Assembly (NCBI GenBank): GCA_963851265.1
Contig: CAWKNZ010000007.1
Span: forward strand, 1 to 64,000
Length of the DNA stretch: 64,000 nucleotides
Direction: 5' to 3'
From: an uncultured Gemmatimonadales bacterium
GTDB taxonomy: Bacteria > Gemmatimonadota > Gemmatimonadetes > Gemmatimonadales > Gemmatimonadaceae
The position numbers and the translations under genes are program-made. Under the pieces are notes generated by a model. That model was not told the origin of the DNA, did not search any database, and worked only from the letters and a program-made list of their open reading frames with translations. Within the stretch, counting starts at the first letter, position 1, and each line of letters opens with the position of its first letter. Shown in pieces: positions 23,490 to 32,837 of this stretch.

Positions 23490-24923
23490 GTGGCGACCGC
23501 GAAGTCACTGCTCGACACCGTCCGCCGGCCGGTGGGCGACGAGGCCCGCGCGTTGCTCGCCCGCAACTGGGGCGGGCTCGCGCCCGAGATGCGCGTGCCG
23601 CAGCAGATGTTCGGCCGGCAGGGCAACGGCTGCGGCGCGACCATCGGCGCGATGCCGCGCTGCGACTTCGCGTGCCGCGGCTGCTACCTGAACGCCGACG
23701 CGAACCGCGCCCCGGCCGAGTCGGTCGAGGCGATCAAGGGGCAGATGCGGCTGCTGCGCCCGGTGTTGGGCCACGCCGGCAACCTGCAGATCACCGACGG
23801 CGAGGTCACGCTCCGCCCCGCCGAGGAGGTCGTCGAGCTGCTGCGCTACGCGCGGTCGCTCGACCTCATCCCGATGCTGATGACGCACGGCGACTCGTTC
23901 CGCCGGCGCCCGGGGCTGCTGGAACGGCTCATGGTCGAGGGCGGGCTCACCGAGGTGAGCATCCACGTCGACACGACGCAGCGCGGGCGGCAGGGCGAGC
24001 GGTGGCGCGCGGCGCGCACCGAGGCCGAGCTGAACCCGCTCCGCGCCGAGTTCGCCGAGATGATCCGCGCGGCGGAGCGCGCGACCGGGCGCGTCTTGCG
24101 GGCGGCGACTACGATGACCGTGACGCGCGACAACCTCGACGGGGTGACCGACGTGGTGCGCTGGGTGACGGCGCACGCCGACGCGTTCCGACTCGTCAGC
24201 TTCCAGCCGATCGCGCAGGTCGGGCGCACCGAGGAGGCCTACGGCGGCGGCGTCGACGTCGAGGCCCTGTGGGACCGGGTGGCCGTGGGGCTCGGCGTCG
24301 ACGGCGGGTCGGCGCGCATGGCCGAGCTGGGCGTGTGGTTCGGCCACCAGGCGTGCAACCGGATGGTGAACGGCGTCGTGGTGCGCGGCCCCGCCGGCGG
24401 GACGGCGTTTCACGCGCTGCGTGACGCGCGCAGCGACGTCGACACCCGCATCGTGGACGGGTTCCTGGCGCGGTTCGGCGGGATCTCGTTCCGACTCGAT
24501 ACGGCGCGCGAGCGTACGGCGCGGCTCGCGGGCGTGGCGCGCGCGGCGCCGGGCTTCGTCTTCGGCAACCTCGTGCCCTACGCGGCGCACTGGCTGCGGC
24601 GCGTGGGGCGGGGGAGCGCCGTGCGCGGCGCGTGGCACCTCGCGACGCGGCGCGCGACCGCGCAGCCGCTCGTGCTCGTGAGCCACCACTTCATGAGCCG
24701 CGAGGAGATCGAGACCCCGTTAGGCCGCGAGCGGCTGGCGCACTGCGTGTTCCAGGTGCCCGTCGACGGCGAGCTCGTGTCGATGTGCGAGGTGAACGCG
24801 CTCGGCATCCGCGAGCGGTACTACGCGCAGCTCGGGCGGACGCGGGCCGGGCGCGGGCCGGGCGGGACGGCGGCGTCCCCCGCGAACGCGGCCGCCGCGG
24901 AGGGGTTGCCGGGGACGGCGTGA
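23490..24923 (+). CDS. Radical SAM protein of unknown function
   Basis: CxxxCxxC motif CDFACRGC; additional Cys in HQAC and C-x13-C near the C-terminus. Confidence 0.85.
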   Translation: MATAKSLLDTVRRPVGDEARALLARNWGGLAPEMRVPQQMFGRQGNGCGATIGAMPRCDFACRGCYLNADANRAPAESVEAIKGQMRLLRPVLGHAGNLQITDGEVTLRPAEEVVELLRYARSLDLIPMLMTHGDSFRRRPGLLERLMVEGGLTEVSIHVDTTQRGRQGERWRAARTEAELNPLRAEFAEMIRAAERATGRVLRAATTMTVTRDNLDGVTDVVRWVTAHADAFRLVSFQPIAQVGRTEEAYGGGVDVEALWDRVAVGLGVDGGSARMAELGVWFGHQACNRMVNGVVVRGPAGGTAFHALRDARSDVDTRIVDGFLARFGGISFRLDTARERTARLAGVARAAPGFVFGNLVPYAAHWLRRVGRGSAVRGAWHLATRRATAQPLVLVSHHFMSREEIETPLGRERLAHCVFQVPVDGELVSMCEVNALGIRERYYAQLGRTRAGRGPGGTAASPANAAAAEGLPGTA

Positions 24924-24987
24924 GGGGGCGTAGTTTCGCTCCCGCCGTCGACTCCCGGCGTAGACCCCCGCCCCTCGCCCGCGTTCC

Positions 24988-25209
24988 GTGGCTCGCCCCG
25001 TCGGTCTCCGCAACACGATCGTCTTCGCGATCGGCGTCGTCATGATGGCGCTCGGCGCGTACGTCGTGGCGCACCCGCTCTGGTCGGGCGGGCACACCGT
25101 GACCGAGTCGCGACTCCTGGACGCGATGCTCGCGCTGTTCTTCCTCGTGCGCGGGTGGATGAACGTGCGCACGTCGACGGGCCGCCCGCTGTTCGGGGTG
25201 CGGCCGTGA
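24988..25209 (+). CDS. Small two-helix membrane protein
   Basis: 73 aa, two hydrophobic segments, stop overlaps the next GTG. Confidence 0.55.
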   Translation: MARPVGLRNTIVFAIGVVMMALGAYVVAHPLWSGGHTVTESRLLDAMLALFFLVRGWMNVRTSTGRPLFGVRP

Positions 25210-25694
25210 GCGATCGCCTGCGCATCGCGAGCGGCACGCCCTGGGAGGCGGAGGTCGGCTACAGTCGTGCCGTGCGCGTGGGGCCGTTCGTGCACGTCTC
25301 CGGCACCACCGCGACCGGGCCCGACGGGGCGATCGTCGGGGCGGGTGACATGTACGCGCAGGCGCGACAGGCGCTCGCCAACGTCGTTCGCGCACTCGCG
25401 GCCGCGGGGGCGACGCCGGCCGACGTGGTCCGCACGCGGATGTTCGTCACCGACATCGCGCAGTGGGAGGCCGCCGGACGCGCGCACGGCGAGGTGTTCG
25501 GCGCGGTCCGCCCCGCGACGGCGATGTACGGCATCACGGCCCTCGTCGACCCCCTGATGCTGATCGAGATCGAGGCGGACGCGTACGTGGACGCGTCCGC
25601 GGACGCGTCCGTGGACGCGTCCGTGGACACGCGTGCGGATACGCCCGCGGACGTGCCCGGGGACGCGCCCGCGGAGACGCCGGACGTGGCGTGA
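25206..25694 (+). CDS. RidA/YjgF/UK114 family protein
   Basis: [45 protein letters not shown]. Confidence 0.88.
   Translation: MSDRLRIASGTPWEAEVGYSRAVRVGPFVHVSGTTATGPDGAIVGAGDMYAQARQALANVVRALAAAGATPADVVRTRMFVTDIAQWEAAGRAHGEVFGAVRPATAMYGITALVDPLMLIEIEADAYVDASADASVDASVDTRADTPADVPGDAPAETPDVA
25575..25682 (+). repeat. About nine degenerate 12-bp tandem repeats (G[CT]GGACGCGTCC-like) encoding the Rid C-terminal tail
   Basis: gcggacgcgtac gtggacgcgtcc gcggacgcgtcc gtggacgcgtcc gtggacacgcgt ... Confidence 0.8.
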
Positions 25695-25786
25695 CGCGGC
25701 TCGGCGCGCGCTAGCGCGGTTGGTCGGGCGCGATTCTTCCTGGGGGCAGCGGGCGCATCCGTGGCTTCCCTCACCCGACCCTCCCG

Positions 25787-26410
25787 ATGAGCCTCCTCGA
25801 CCTCGTACAACAGCAACTCGGCGCCGGTGGCACCGAGCAGATCGCCAGCCAGATCGGCGCGGACCCCGCGACCACACAGAACGCGATTCAGGCCGCCGTT
25901 CCGATGATCCTCGGCGGCATGGCGAGCAACGCGCGCCAGCCGGAAGGGGCCAGCGCGATCGCCAACATGGTCGGCCAGAGTGGCGGGCTCGGTGGGATCG
26001 CTAACATGCTCGGCGGCGCGGGCGGTGGCGGCATCGGCGGCATGCTCGGCGGACTGTTCGGCGGCGGCGGTGGCGGCGGCATCGGCGGTATGCTCGGGAG
26101 TCTGCTCGGCCAGCATCAGGACACCGTGCAGTCAGGTGTGCAGCAGGCGTCGGGTCTGGACAGCGGTCAAACGACCAAGTTGCTGGCGATCCTCGCGCCG
26201 ATGGCGCTCGCGGCGATCGCGCACCAGCGGTCGCAGGCCTCGACCGGCGCGGTGGCCGGCGCCGAATCGGGTGGCGCGGCGGATCTGGATGGGAACGGGA
26301 TTCCCGACGTGCTGGAGCAGCATGCGCGCGAGGCCCAGGCGGAGTCGAATTCGCACGTCGGCGGGCTGATCGGGAAGATTCTCGATCTCGGAGCGCGCCC
26401 GGCACGCTGA
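25787..26410 (+). CDS. DUF937 domain protein
   Basis: MSLLDL..QIASQIGAD..AVPMILGGMA, Gly-rich middle, KLLAILAPM, DLDGNG motif. Confidence 0.75.
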   Translation: MSLLDLVQQQLGAGGTEQIASQIGADPATTQNAIQAAVPMILGGMASNARQPEGASAIANMVGQSGGLGGIANMLGGAGGGGIGGMLGGLFGGGGGGGIGGMLGSLLGQHQDTVQSGVQQASGLDSGQTTKLLAILAPMALAAIAHQRSQASTGAVAGAESGGAADLDGNGIPDVLEQHAREAQAESNSHVGGLIGKILDLGARPAR

Positions 26411-26601
26411 TTCCGGCGGCCACCGCGGCCGCACCATGCGCACGGAACCCCGCGCGGCACGAACTGCCGTGCGGGCTTCGGCGTTGGTGACACCAGAAGG
26501 ACCCAGAACCGCGTAGGATACGGCAGCGTTCGGCCGCGCCCTCCCGTGGTGCCTCTTGGCACGCACGGCGCGGATCGGTCCGCGGCACCCGACCCTCGCA
26601 C

Positions 26602-29600
26602 ATGTTCATCTCCGATTTCGCCATCAAACGGCCGATCGTCACGATCGTCACGATGATCGCGCTCGTCGTGTTCGGAATCGTCGCCCTCTGGCGACTCGAC
26701 ACCGACGAGTTCCCAGACATCAACGCGCCGATCGTGTTCGTCGGCGTCGCGTACCCGGGCGCCTCGCCCGACCAGGTCGAGCGCGAAGTGGTCGACCGGC
26801 TCGAAGACCAGTTCTCGAGCATCTCGGGGCTCGACCAGCTGAACTCGACGAGCACCGACGGCTTCGCGCAGATCGTCGTCACGTTCCACTTCGACAAGCC
26901 CGTCGATCAGGCGACGCAGGACGTGCGCGACGCCATCTCCGTGGTGCGCGGGCAGCTGCCGGCCGAGATCCTGGAGCCGATCATCCAGCGGTTCGACCCG
27001 AACCAGCTGCCCATCGTCTCGCTCGCGCTGACGTCGCCCACGCTCACGCCTCCGCAGCTCACGACGATCGCCGACCAGACGATCGGCGCCGACCTGCGGG
27101 GCATCGGCGGCGTGGCGCAGGTGAACATCTCGGGCGCCGACTCCGCCACGCTCAACGTCACCCTCGACCCGACCAAGCTGGCCGCGGTGGGGGTGGGCGT
27201 CGATCAGGTGGTGGCCGCGCTCCGGGCGCAGAACCTCGCCGCGCCCGTGGGGCAGGTGACGAGCGCGACCACCGAGCGCACGATCCGCCTCACCGGGCGC
27301 GTCGAGAACCCGCAGGACTTCCTCAAGCTCGCCGTCGCGACGCGCAACGGCACGCCGATCCCCCTGTCCGCCGTGGCGACCGCCGCGGCGGGCAGCGCGG
27401 AGCGACGCTCGTCCGCGTTCTTCAACGGGCGCGAGGCGATCGGCGTCGACATCGTGAAGAGCAAGGGGTACAGCACGACCGCGGTGAGCGACAAGGTGCG
27501 CGACCACGTCGCGGCACTGCAGAAGCAGCTGCCCGCGGGCGCGAAGCTCGAGATCGTGCGCGACTCGGGCGTGCGCGTGCGCAACTCGGTCGACGACGTG
27601 ATCCGCGCGCTCGTCGAGGGCGCGGCGCTCACGGTGCTCGTGGTGTTCGTGTTCCTGAACTCGTGGCGGTCGACCGTGATCACCGGGCTCGCGCTGCCGG
27701 TGAGCGCGCTCGCGTCGTTCGTGCCGCTCTGGGCGATGGGCTTCACGCTGAACACGATGAGCCTGCTCGGCCTCTCGCTCGCGATCGGCATCCTGATCGA
27801 CGACGCCATCGTGGTGCGCGAGAACATCGTGCGCCACGTCGAGATGGGGAAGGACCATTTCGAGGCCGCGCACGAGGGCACCGACGAGATCGGGCTCGCC
27901 GTGGCCGCGACCACGTTCTCGATCGTCGCGGTGTTCGCGCCGGTGGCCTTCATGAGCGGGCTCGCCGGGCAGTGGTTCAAGCCCTTCGCGCTCACGATCG
28001 CGTTCGCGGTGCTCGTCTCGCTGTTCGTCAGCTTCTCGCTCGACCCGATGCTCTCGGCGTACTGGCCGGACCCCGAGATCGAGTCGCACGAGCACCGCAG
28101 CGCGATCAGCCGCGCGCTGGTGCGCTTCAACACGTGGTTCGACCGGCAGGCCGAGCGCTACAAGGGCGGCATCTCGTGGGCGCTCGACCATCCGAAGTCG
28201 ATGGTACTCGTCGCGATCCTGTCGCTCGTCGGCGCGGTGGTGCTGCAGGGGGCGTTCGGCGGTGTCGGCTTCATCGCCGACAGCGACCGCTCCGAGATCA
28301 CGGTGAGCATCGAGGCCCCGCCGGGGTCGTCGCTCGAATACACCCGGTTCGCGTCGGAGAACGTGGCGCGCGCGATCCGCAGGCACAAGGAAGTCGCCTA
28401 CACGTACACCACCGTCGGGAGCAGCGCCGGGACCGGCGCGGTCGACGCGGCGAGCGTGTACGTGCGCCTCGTGCCGAAGGCCGACCGCGGCCTGTCGCAA
28501 CAGGCGCTCGCGGCGATGCTGCGCCCCGAGCTGCGGCGGATCGGTGGCGTGACGGCGTACCTGCTCGAGTCGGGCGGTCCGGGCGGGGGGATGAAACAGC
28601 TCCAGTTGCAGGTGCAGGGCGTCGAGTCGGGTACGCTCGCCAAGCTGGCCGACCAGGTGGAGGGGATCATGAAGCGGACGCCGGGGGCGGTCGACGTCGG
28701 GCTGTCGAGCAAGGGCGACAAGCCCGAGCTGCGCGTCGACGTGAACCGCGGACTCGCCGGCTCGCTCGGCCTCTCGGTGGGGCAGATCGCGCAGGCGCTC
28801 CGCCCGGCGTTCGCCGGCGTCGACGCCGGCAACTGGGTGGACCCGAACGGGCTCACCGACTACGTGCGCGTGCGCCTGCCACCCGCGGCGCGCGAGAACG
28901 CGGCCGACCTCGCGCAGCTGCCGCTCGTGCTGCCGGGCGGCACGGCGGGACCGTCGGTGGTGCCGTTGGGCCAGGTCGCCGCGATCACGCCGACCACCGG
29001 CCCGGCGCAGATCGAGCACCTCAACCGCAAGCGCGTCGTGACCGTCGGCGCCAACGTGCAGGGCCGGCCGCTCGGTACCGTGCTCGCGGACGTTCAGGCC
29101 GCGATCAAGCGCGACGTGCGATTCCCGCAGGGGTACCAGATCGTGCAGGGCGGGCAGGCCAAGGACCAGGCCGAGGTGTTCGGCAGCATCGGCACCGCGC
29201 TCGGCGTGGCGGTGATGCTGATGTACCTCATCCTCGTCGTGCAGTTCGGCTCGTTCCTCGACCCGCTCGCGATCCTCGTGTCGCTGCCGCTGTCGCTCAT
29301 CGGCGTCGTGCTCGCGCTGATCCTCACGCACGACACGCTCAACATCATGTCGCTCATCGGCGTGATCCTGCTGATGGGGATCGTGGCCAAGAACGCGATC
29401 CTGCTGATCGACTTCGCGAAGTGGGGCAAGGAGCAGCGCGGGCTGTCGACGCGCGACGCGCTCATCGAGGCGGGGCGCACGCGCCTCCGCCCGATTCTGA
29501 TGACCACGCTCGCGCTCATCGCCGGCATGATCCCGGTGGCGCTCGGCCTCGGCGAGGGCGCCGACTTCCGCGCGCCGTTGGGCCGCGCGGTGATCGGCGG

Positions 29601-29781
29601 GACGATCACGAGCACCGTGCTCACGCTGTTCGTGATCCCGACGATTTACGAGATCTTCGACGGCTGGCGCACGCGCCTCGGCGCGCGATTCCGTGCGCGC
29701 GAGGGCGCGCCGGCGCGGCGGCCCGCCGCGCCGGTCGGCGCCGGGGTGGGCGGACTGGTCCCGGAGCCCGCGGGGGACTAA
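26602..29781 (+). CDS. RND efflux transporter permease (AcrB/AcrD/AcrF family)
   Basis: MFISDFAIKRP, GILIDDAIVVREN, GIVAKNAILL, RLRPILMT. Confidence 0.93.
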   Translation: MFISDFAIKRPIVTIVTMIALVVFGIVALWRLDTDEFPDINAPIVFVGVAYPGASPDQVEREVVDRLEDQFSSISGLDQLNSTSTDGFAQIVVTFHFDKPVDQATQDVRDAISVVRGQLPAEILEPIIQRFDPNQLPIVSLALTSPTLTPPQLTTIADQTIGADLRGIGGVAQVNISGADSATLNVTLDPTKLAAVGVGVDQVVAALRAQNLAAPVGQVTSATTERTIRLTGRVENPQDFLKLAVATRNGTPIPLSAVATAAAGSAERRSSAFFNGREAIGVDIVKSKGYSTTAVSDKVRDHVAALQKQLPAGAKLEIVRDSGVRVRNSVDDVIRALVEGAALTVLVVFVFLNSWRSTVITGLALPVSALASFVPLWAMGFTLNTMSLLGLSLAIGILIDDAIVVRENIVRHVEMGKDHFEAAHEGTDEIGLAVAATTFSIVAVFAPVAFMSGLAGQWFKPFALTIAFAVLVSLFVSFSLDPMLSAYWPDPEIESHEHRSAISRALVRFNTWFDRQAERYKGGISWALDHPKSMVLVAILSLVGAVVLQGAFGGVGFIADSDRSEITVSIEAPPGSSLEYTRFASENVARAIRRHKEVAYTYTTVGSSAGTGAVDAASVYVRLVPKADRGLSQQALAAMLRPELRRIGGVTAYLLESGGPGGGMKQLQLQVQGVESGTLAKLADQVEGIMKRTPGAVDVGLSSKGDKPELRVDVNRGLAGSLGLSVGQIAQALRPAFAGVDAGNWVDPNGLTDYVRVRLPPAARENAADLAQLPLVLPGGTAGPSVVPLGQVAAITPTTGPAQIEHLNRKRVVTVGANVQGRPLGTVLADVQAAIKRDVRFPQGYQIVQGGQAKDQAEVFGSIGTALGVAVMLMYLILVVQFGSFLDPLAILVSLPLSLIGVVLALILTHDTLNIMSLIGVILLMGIVAKNAILLIDFAKWGKEQRGLSTRDALIEAGRTRLRPILMTTLALIAGMIPVALGLGEGADFRAPLGRAVIGGTITSTVLTLFVIPTIYEIFDGWRTRLGARFRAREGAPARRPAAPVGAGVGGLVPEPAGD

Positions 29782-29793
29782 CACCCCCCGCGG

Positions 29794-29826
29794 CCCCCGC
29801 GCGCGGGCTCAGCCCGCGCGCGGGGG
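29794..29826. terminator. Perfect 15-bp GC inverted repeat between convergent genes (possible terminator, no U-tract)
   Basis: cccccgcgcgcgggc-tca-gcccgcgcgcggggg; the loop is the TGA stop of the minus-strand gene. Confidence 0.5.
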
Positions 29827-30367
29827 GAGCAGGGCGCCGAGGATCTCGGTGGTGGCCGCCATCGCCCGCCAGGGGTGGCGGCGGACGCCGAGCGGGCCGA
29901 ACGTCGAGCCCACCGCGTCGTGGTAGACGACGAGCGCGCTGCGCAGCGCGTCGACCGCGCCCCAGGTGATCTTCCGCGGGTGGTCGTCCGGGAGCGCGTG
30001 GTTGGCGAGCGCGAGGGCGGCCCGCAGGTGCTCGGTCGCGTCCTCGGGAGGCAGCGCGGCCGCGGCCTGCACGTGCTGCTCGATGAGCGCGGGCACGGCC
30101 TCGGGCGAGCCGAGGGCCTGGTCCCACTCGGCGGCGTCGAGCGCCGGGGCGACCGCATCGGCGGCTCGCCGCATCGGGGCTCGCCGCATCGCGGCTCGTC
30201 GCCCGGGAGGGGGCCGAAGCCGACGTCTCCCGGCCGGCCAGCGCGATCACGTTGGGCGTGACGGCCGCGCTGGCCGCGGAGGGAGCGGCCGCGAGTTCGG
30301 CGGCGGTGGCGAGCCGGATCGTGCCCGGCGGATGGTAGACGGTTTCGGTCGGGTGCTGCGTACTCAT
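29809..30367 (-). pseudogene. Hypothetical gene (185 aa if repaired) split by a 1-bp insertion near 30160
   Basis: ATG 30367 with GGAG upstream; removing one base in a 15-bp tandem repeat joins MSTQHP... to ...AVAPALDAAEW...PPRAG in 186 codons. Confidence 0.65.
30153..30198 (+). repeat. Three tandem ~15-bp repeats (16, 15 and 15 nt)
   Basis: ccgcatcggcggctcg / ccgcatcggggctcg / ccgcatcgcggctcg. Confidence 0.85.
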
Positions 30368-30490
30368 GGTCGACTCCGGAAGGCTGGCCCGTCGAGCAGC
30401 GGTTCGTTCGACGGTGGCCGGTTCGTTGCTGGCCGGTTTGGCGCTCGTGTTGTCACGACGAGAGCTACGGTCGCTTGGGCGCCCTGTCCA

Positions 30491-30526
30491 ATACATCTTC
30501 CGTGCGGCCCGATACCGAGGAGGTAT
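30491..30526. promoter_or_regulatory. LysR operator: perfect ATAC-N7-GTAT (30512-30526) plus imperfect ATAC-N7-GTGC (30491-30505)
   Basis: Matches the BenM/CatM recognition consensus; sites are 21 bp apart in the divergent region; the perfect site overlaps the lysR GAGGAGG. Confidence 0.7.
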
Positions 30527-30532
30527 AGTCGC

Positions 30533-31456
30533 GTGGAGCTGCGCCACCTGCGGTATTTCGTCGCGGTCGCCGAGGACCTGCATTTCGGCCGCGCCGCGGC
30601 GCGGCTCAACATCGCGCAGCCGCCACTCAGCCGGCAGATCCGCGATCTCGAGAACGAGCTCGGCGCGGAGCTGTTCTCGCGCGTGAAGGGGCGCGTCTCG
30701 CTCACCCACGCGGGGCAGGCGCTGCTTGTGGAGGCGCGGCGCACGCTGGAGCAGGCGGAGCGCGCGCGCGCCGTCGTGGGCCGCGCGGCGCGTGGCGAGG
30801 TGGGGCGCCTGCGCGTGGGGTTCGTCGAGGCGGCGACGTACAGCGGCGTGCTGGCCGAGGTGCTGGAGCGCTTCCGCGCGCAGGCGCCGGACGTCGGGCT
30901 CGAACTGTTCGAACTGAGCTCGCTGCAGCAGACGCAGGCGCTGCGCGACGGGCGCATCGAGGTGGGGGTGATGCACAGCCCGCCGTACGACGCGGCCGAG
31001 TGGCTCGGGGTGGAGCGGGTGGTGCACGACGTGATGATCGTCGCGCTACCGCGCGGGCACCGGCTCGCGCGGCGGCCGAGCGTGCCGCTGCAGGCGCTGG
31101 CGGCGGAGCCGTTCCTGATGCTGCGGCGCCCCGACGGCGGCGGGCTGCACGACCGGATCATCGCCGCGTGCCAGACCGCGGGGTTCAGCCCGGCGGTGGC
31201 GCAGCAGGCCGGTCAGCTGCAAACGTTGGTCGGGCTCGTGGCCGCGGGGGCGGGGGTCGCGCTCGTGCCGGGCGCGCTGGAGGAGTTGCGCCGGCCGGGC
31301 GTCGTGTATCGCCCCGTCACGGGGCTGGACGTCGAAATGGGCACGTGGGCGGTGTGGCGCCTGGGCGACGACTCGCCGGTGCGGGCGCGCTTCCTGGACG
31401 CGCTGCGCGCCGTGGTGAGCGCGCGGCCGCCGCTCTCGCACCTGTACGCGGGGTGA
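30533..31456 (+). CDS. LysR-family transcriptional regulator (BenM/CatR/HcaR-like)
   Basis: ELRHLRYFVAVAEDLHFGRAAARLNIAQPPLSRQI HTH; LVAAGAGVALVP. Confidence 0.93.
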   Translation: MELRHLRYFVAVAEDLHFGRAAARLNIAQPPLSRQIRDLENELGAELFSRVKGRVSLTHAGQALLVEARRTLEQAERARAVVGRAARGEVGRLRVGFVEAATYSGVLAEVLERFRAQAPDVGLELFELSSLQQTQALRDGRIEVGVMHSPPYDAAEWLGVERVVHDVMIVALPRGHRLARRPSVPLQALAAEPFLMLRRPDGGGLHDRIIAACQTAGFSPAVAQQAGQLQTLVGLVAAGAGVALVPGALEELRRPGVVYRPVTGLDVEMGTWAVWRLGDDSPVRARFLDALRAVVSARPPLSHLYAG

Positions 31457-31570
31457 CGCCGCGCGTGACGTCCGCGGCGCGGCGGGCCCGACGCTAGTTT
31501 GTGTCGCACCCAGCCCCGCGCATCGTCTCGCGCCCTCGTTCGTCCGCCCCGGTGTGTCAGGAGCTCTCGC

Positions 31571-32407
31571 GTGACCGTCCGCAGTCAGTTGCCCGCCGTC
31601 CTCGCCGAGCACGAGGCGGCGTTGCTGGACCAGTGGCTGCGCGCGCAGGCCGGCGGCGGCGGCGCGCTCGACGCCGGGTCGCGGGCGCAGAGCGCCGAGT
31701 TCCTCGCGCTGCTGCGCGACGCCGCGCAGACGGCCGGCGTCGAGAACACGCGCGGGCCCGGGTACGCGCCGGTGCAGACGTTCCTCGCGCAGATGGTGCG
31801 CACCCGGATGCAGCAGGGTGAGACGCCGAGCCAGGTGGCGACGTTCGTGTTCTCGCTGAAGGAGCCGCTGTTCGCCTTGCTCCGCGAGCGCCACGCCGAC
31901 GACGCGGCCGCACTCGGCGACGAGACGTGGGCGGCGACGCTGCTGCTCGACGCGCTCGGCCTCTACACCACCGAGGTGTACCAGCGCACGCGCGAGGAGG
32001 TGATCGCGCGGCAGCAGCAGGACATGTTGGAGCTGTCGACCCCCGTCGTGAAGCTGTGGGACGGCATCCTCGCGCTGCCGATGATCGGCACGCTCGACAG
32101 CGCGCGTACGCAGGTGGTGATGGAGACGCTGCTGCAGCGCATCGTGGAGACGGGCGCCGCGGTCGCGGTCATCGACATCACCGGCGTGCCCACGGTGGAC
32201 ACGCTCACCGCACAGCACCTGCTCAAGACCGTCACCGCGGCGCGGCTGATGGGCGCGGACTGCATCATCAGCGGCATCCGCCCGCAGATCGCGCAGACCA
32301 TCGTGCACCTGGGCGTCGACCTCGCCGGCGTGACGACGAAGGCCACGCTCGCCGACGCATTCCGCGCGGCGCTCGTGCGAACCGGGCAGACGGTCCTCCG
32401 CGGCTGA
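31571..32407 (+). CDS. rsbR: Stressosome RsbR (N-terminal sensor plus STAS)
   Basis: ELSTPVVKLWDGILALPMIGTLDSAR, IDITGVPTVDT, SGIRPQIAQTIV; CAGGAG RBS. Confidence 0.9.
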   Translation: MTVRSQLPAVLAEHEAALLDQWLRAQAGGGGALDAGSRAQSAEFLALLRDAAQTAGVENTRGPGYAPVQTFLAQMVRTRMQQGETPSQVATFVFSLKEPLFALLRERHADDAAALGDETWAATLLLDALGLYTTEVYQRTREEVIARQQQDMLELSTPVVKLWDGILALPMIGTLDSARTQVVMETLLQRIVETGAAVAVIDITGVPTVDTLTAQHLLKTVTAARLMGADCIISGIRPQIAQTIVHLGVDLAGVTTKATLADAFRAALVRTGQTVLRG

Positions 32408-32417
32408 GGGCGACGAC

Positions 32418-32837
32418 GTGGAGCGAATTCCGGTGCTCCGGATGGGCGCGCTGCTGCTGGTGACGATCCAGGGGGACATGCACGACCGCCTCGCGCTCGC
32501 CCTGCAGGACGACCTCACGACGATGATCGTGCGCACCGGCGCGCGCGGCGTGCTGATCGACATCTCGGCGCTCGACGTCGTCGACAGCTTCATCGGGCGG
32601 ATGCTCGCCAACACCGCCGCGATGTCGCGCGTGCTCGACGCGGCGACGGTGGTCGTGGGCATGCAGCCGGCGGTCGCGATCACGCTCGTCGAACTCGGGC
32701 TGTCGCTGCCCGGCGTGCGCACCGCGCTGGACGTCGAGCGCGGGATGGCGCTGCTGCGCGCGGCGGACCCCTCCCTCGATCGGCCCGACGCGGCGGGCGG
32801 CGCGGGCGGGGGCTGGGGTGCCGACGTACGAGCCTAG
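32418..32837 (+). CDS. rsbS: Stressosome RsbS (STAS)
   Basis: IDISALDVVDSFIG (phospho-Ser motif), GMQPAVAITLVELG. Confidence 0.9.
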   Translation: MERIPVLRMGALLLVTIQGDMHDRLALALQDDLTTMIVRTGARGVLIDISALDVVDSFIGRMLANTAAMSRVLDAATVVVGMQPAVAITLVELGLSLPGVRTALDVERGMALLRAADPSLDRPDAAGGAGGGWGADVRA

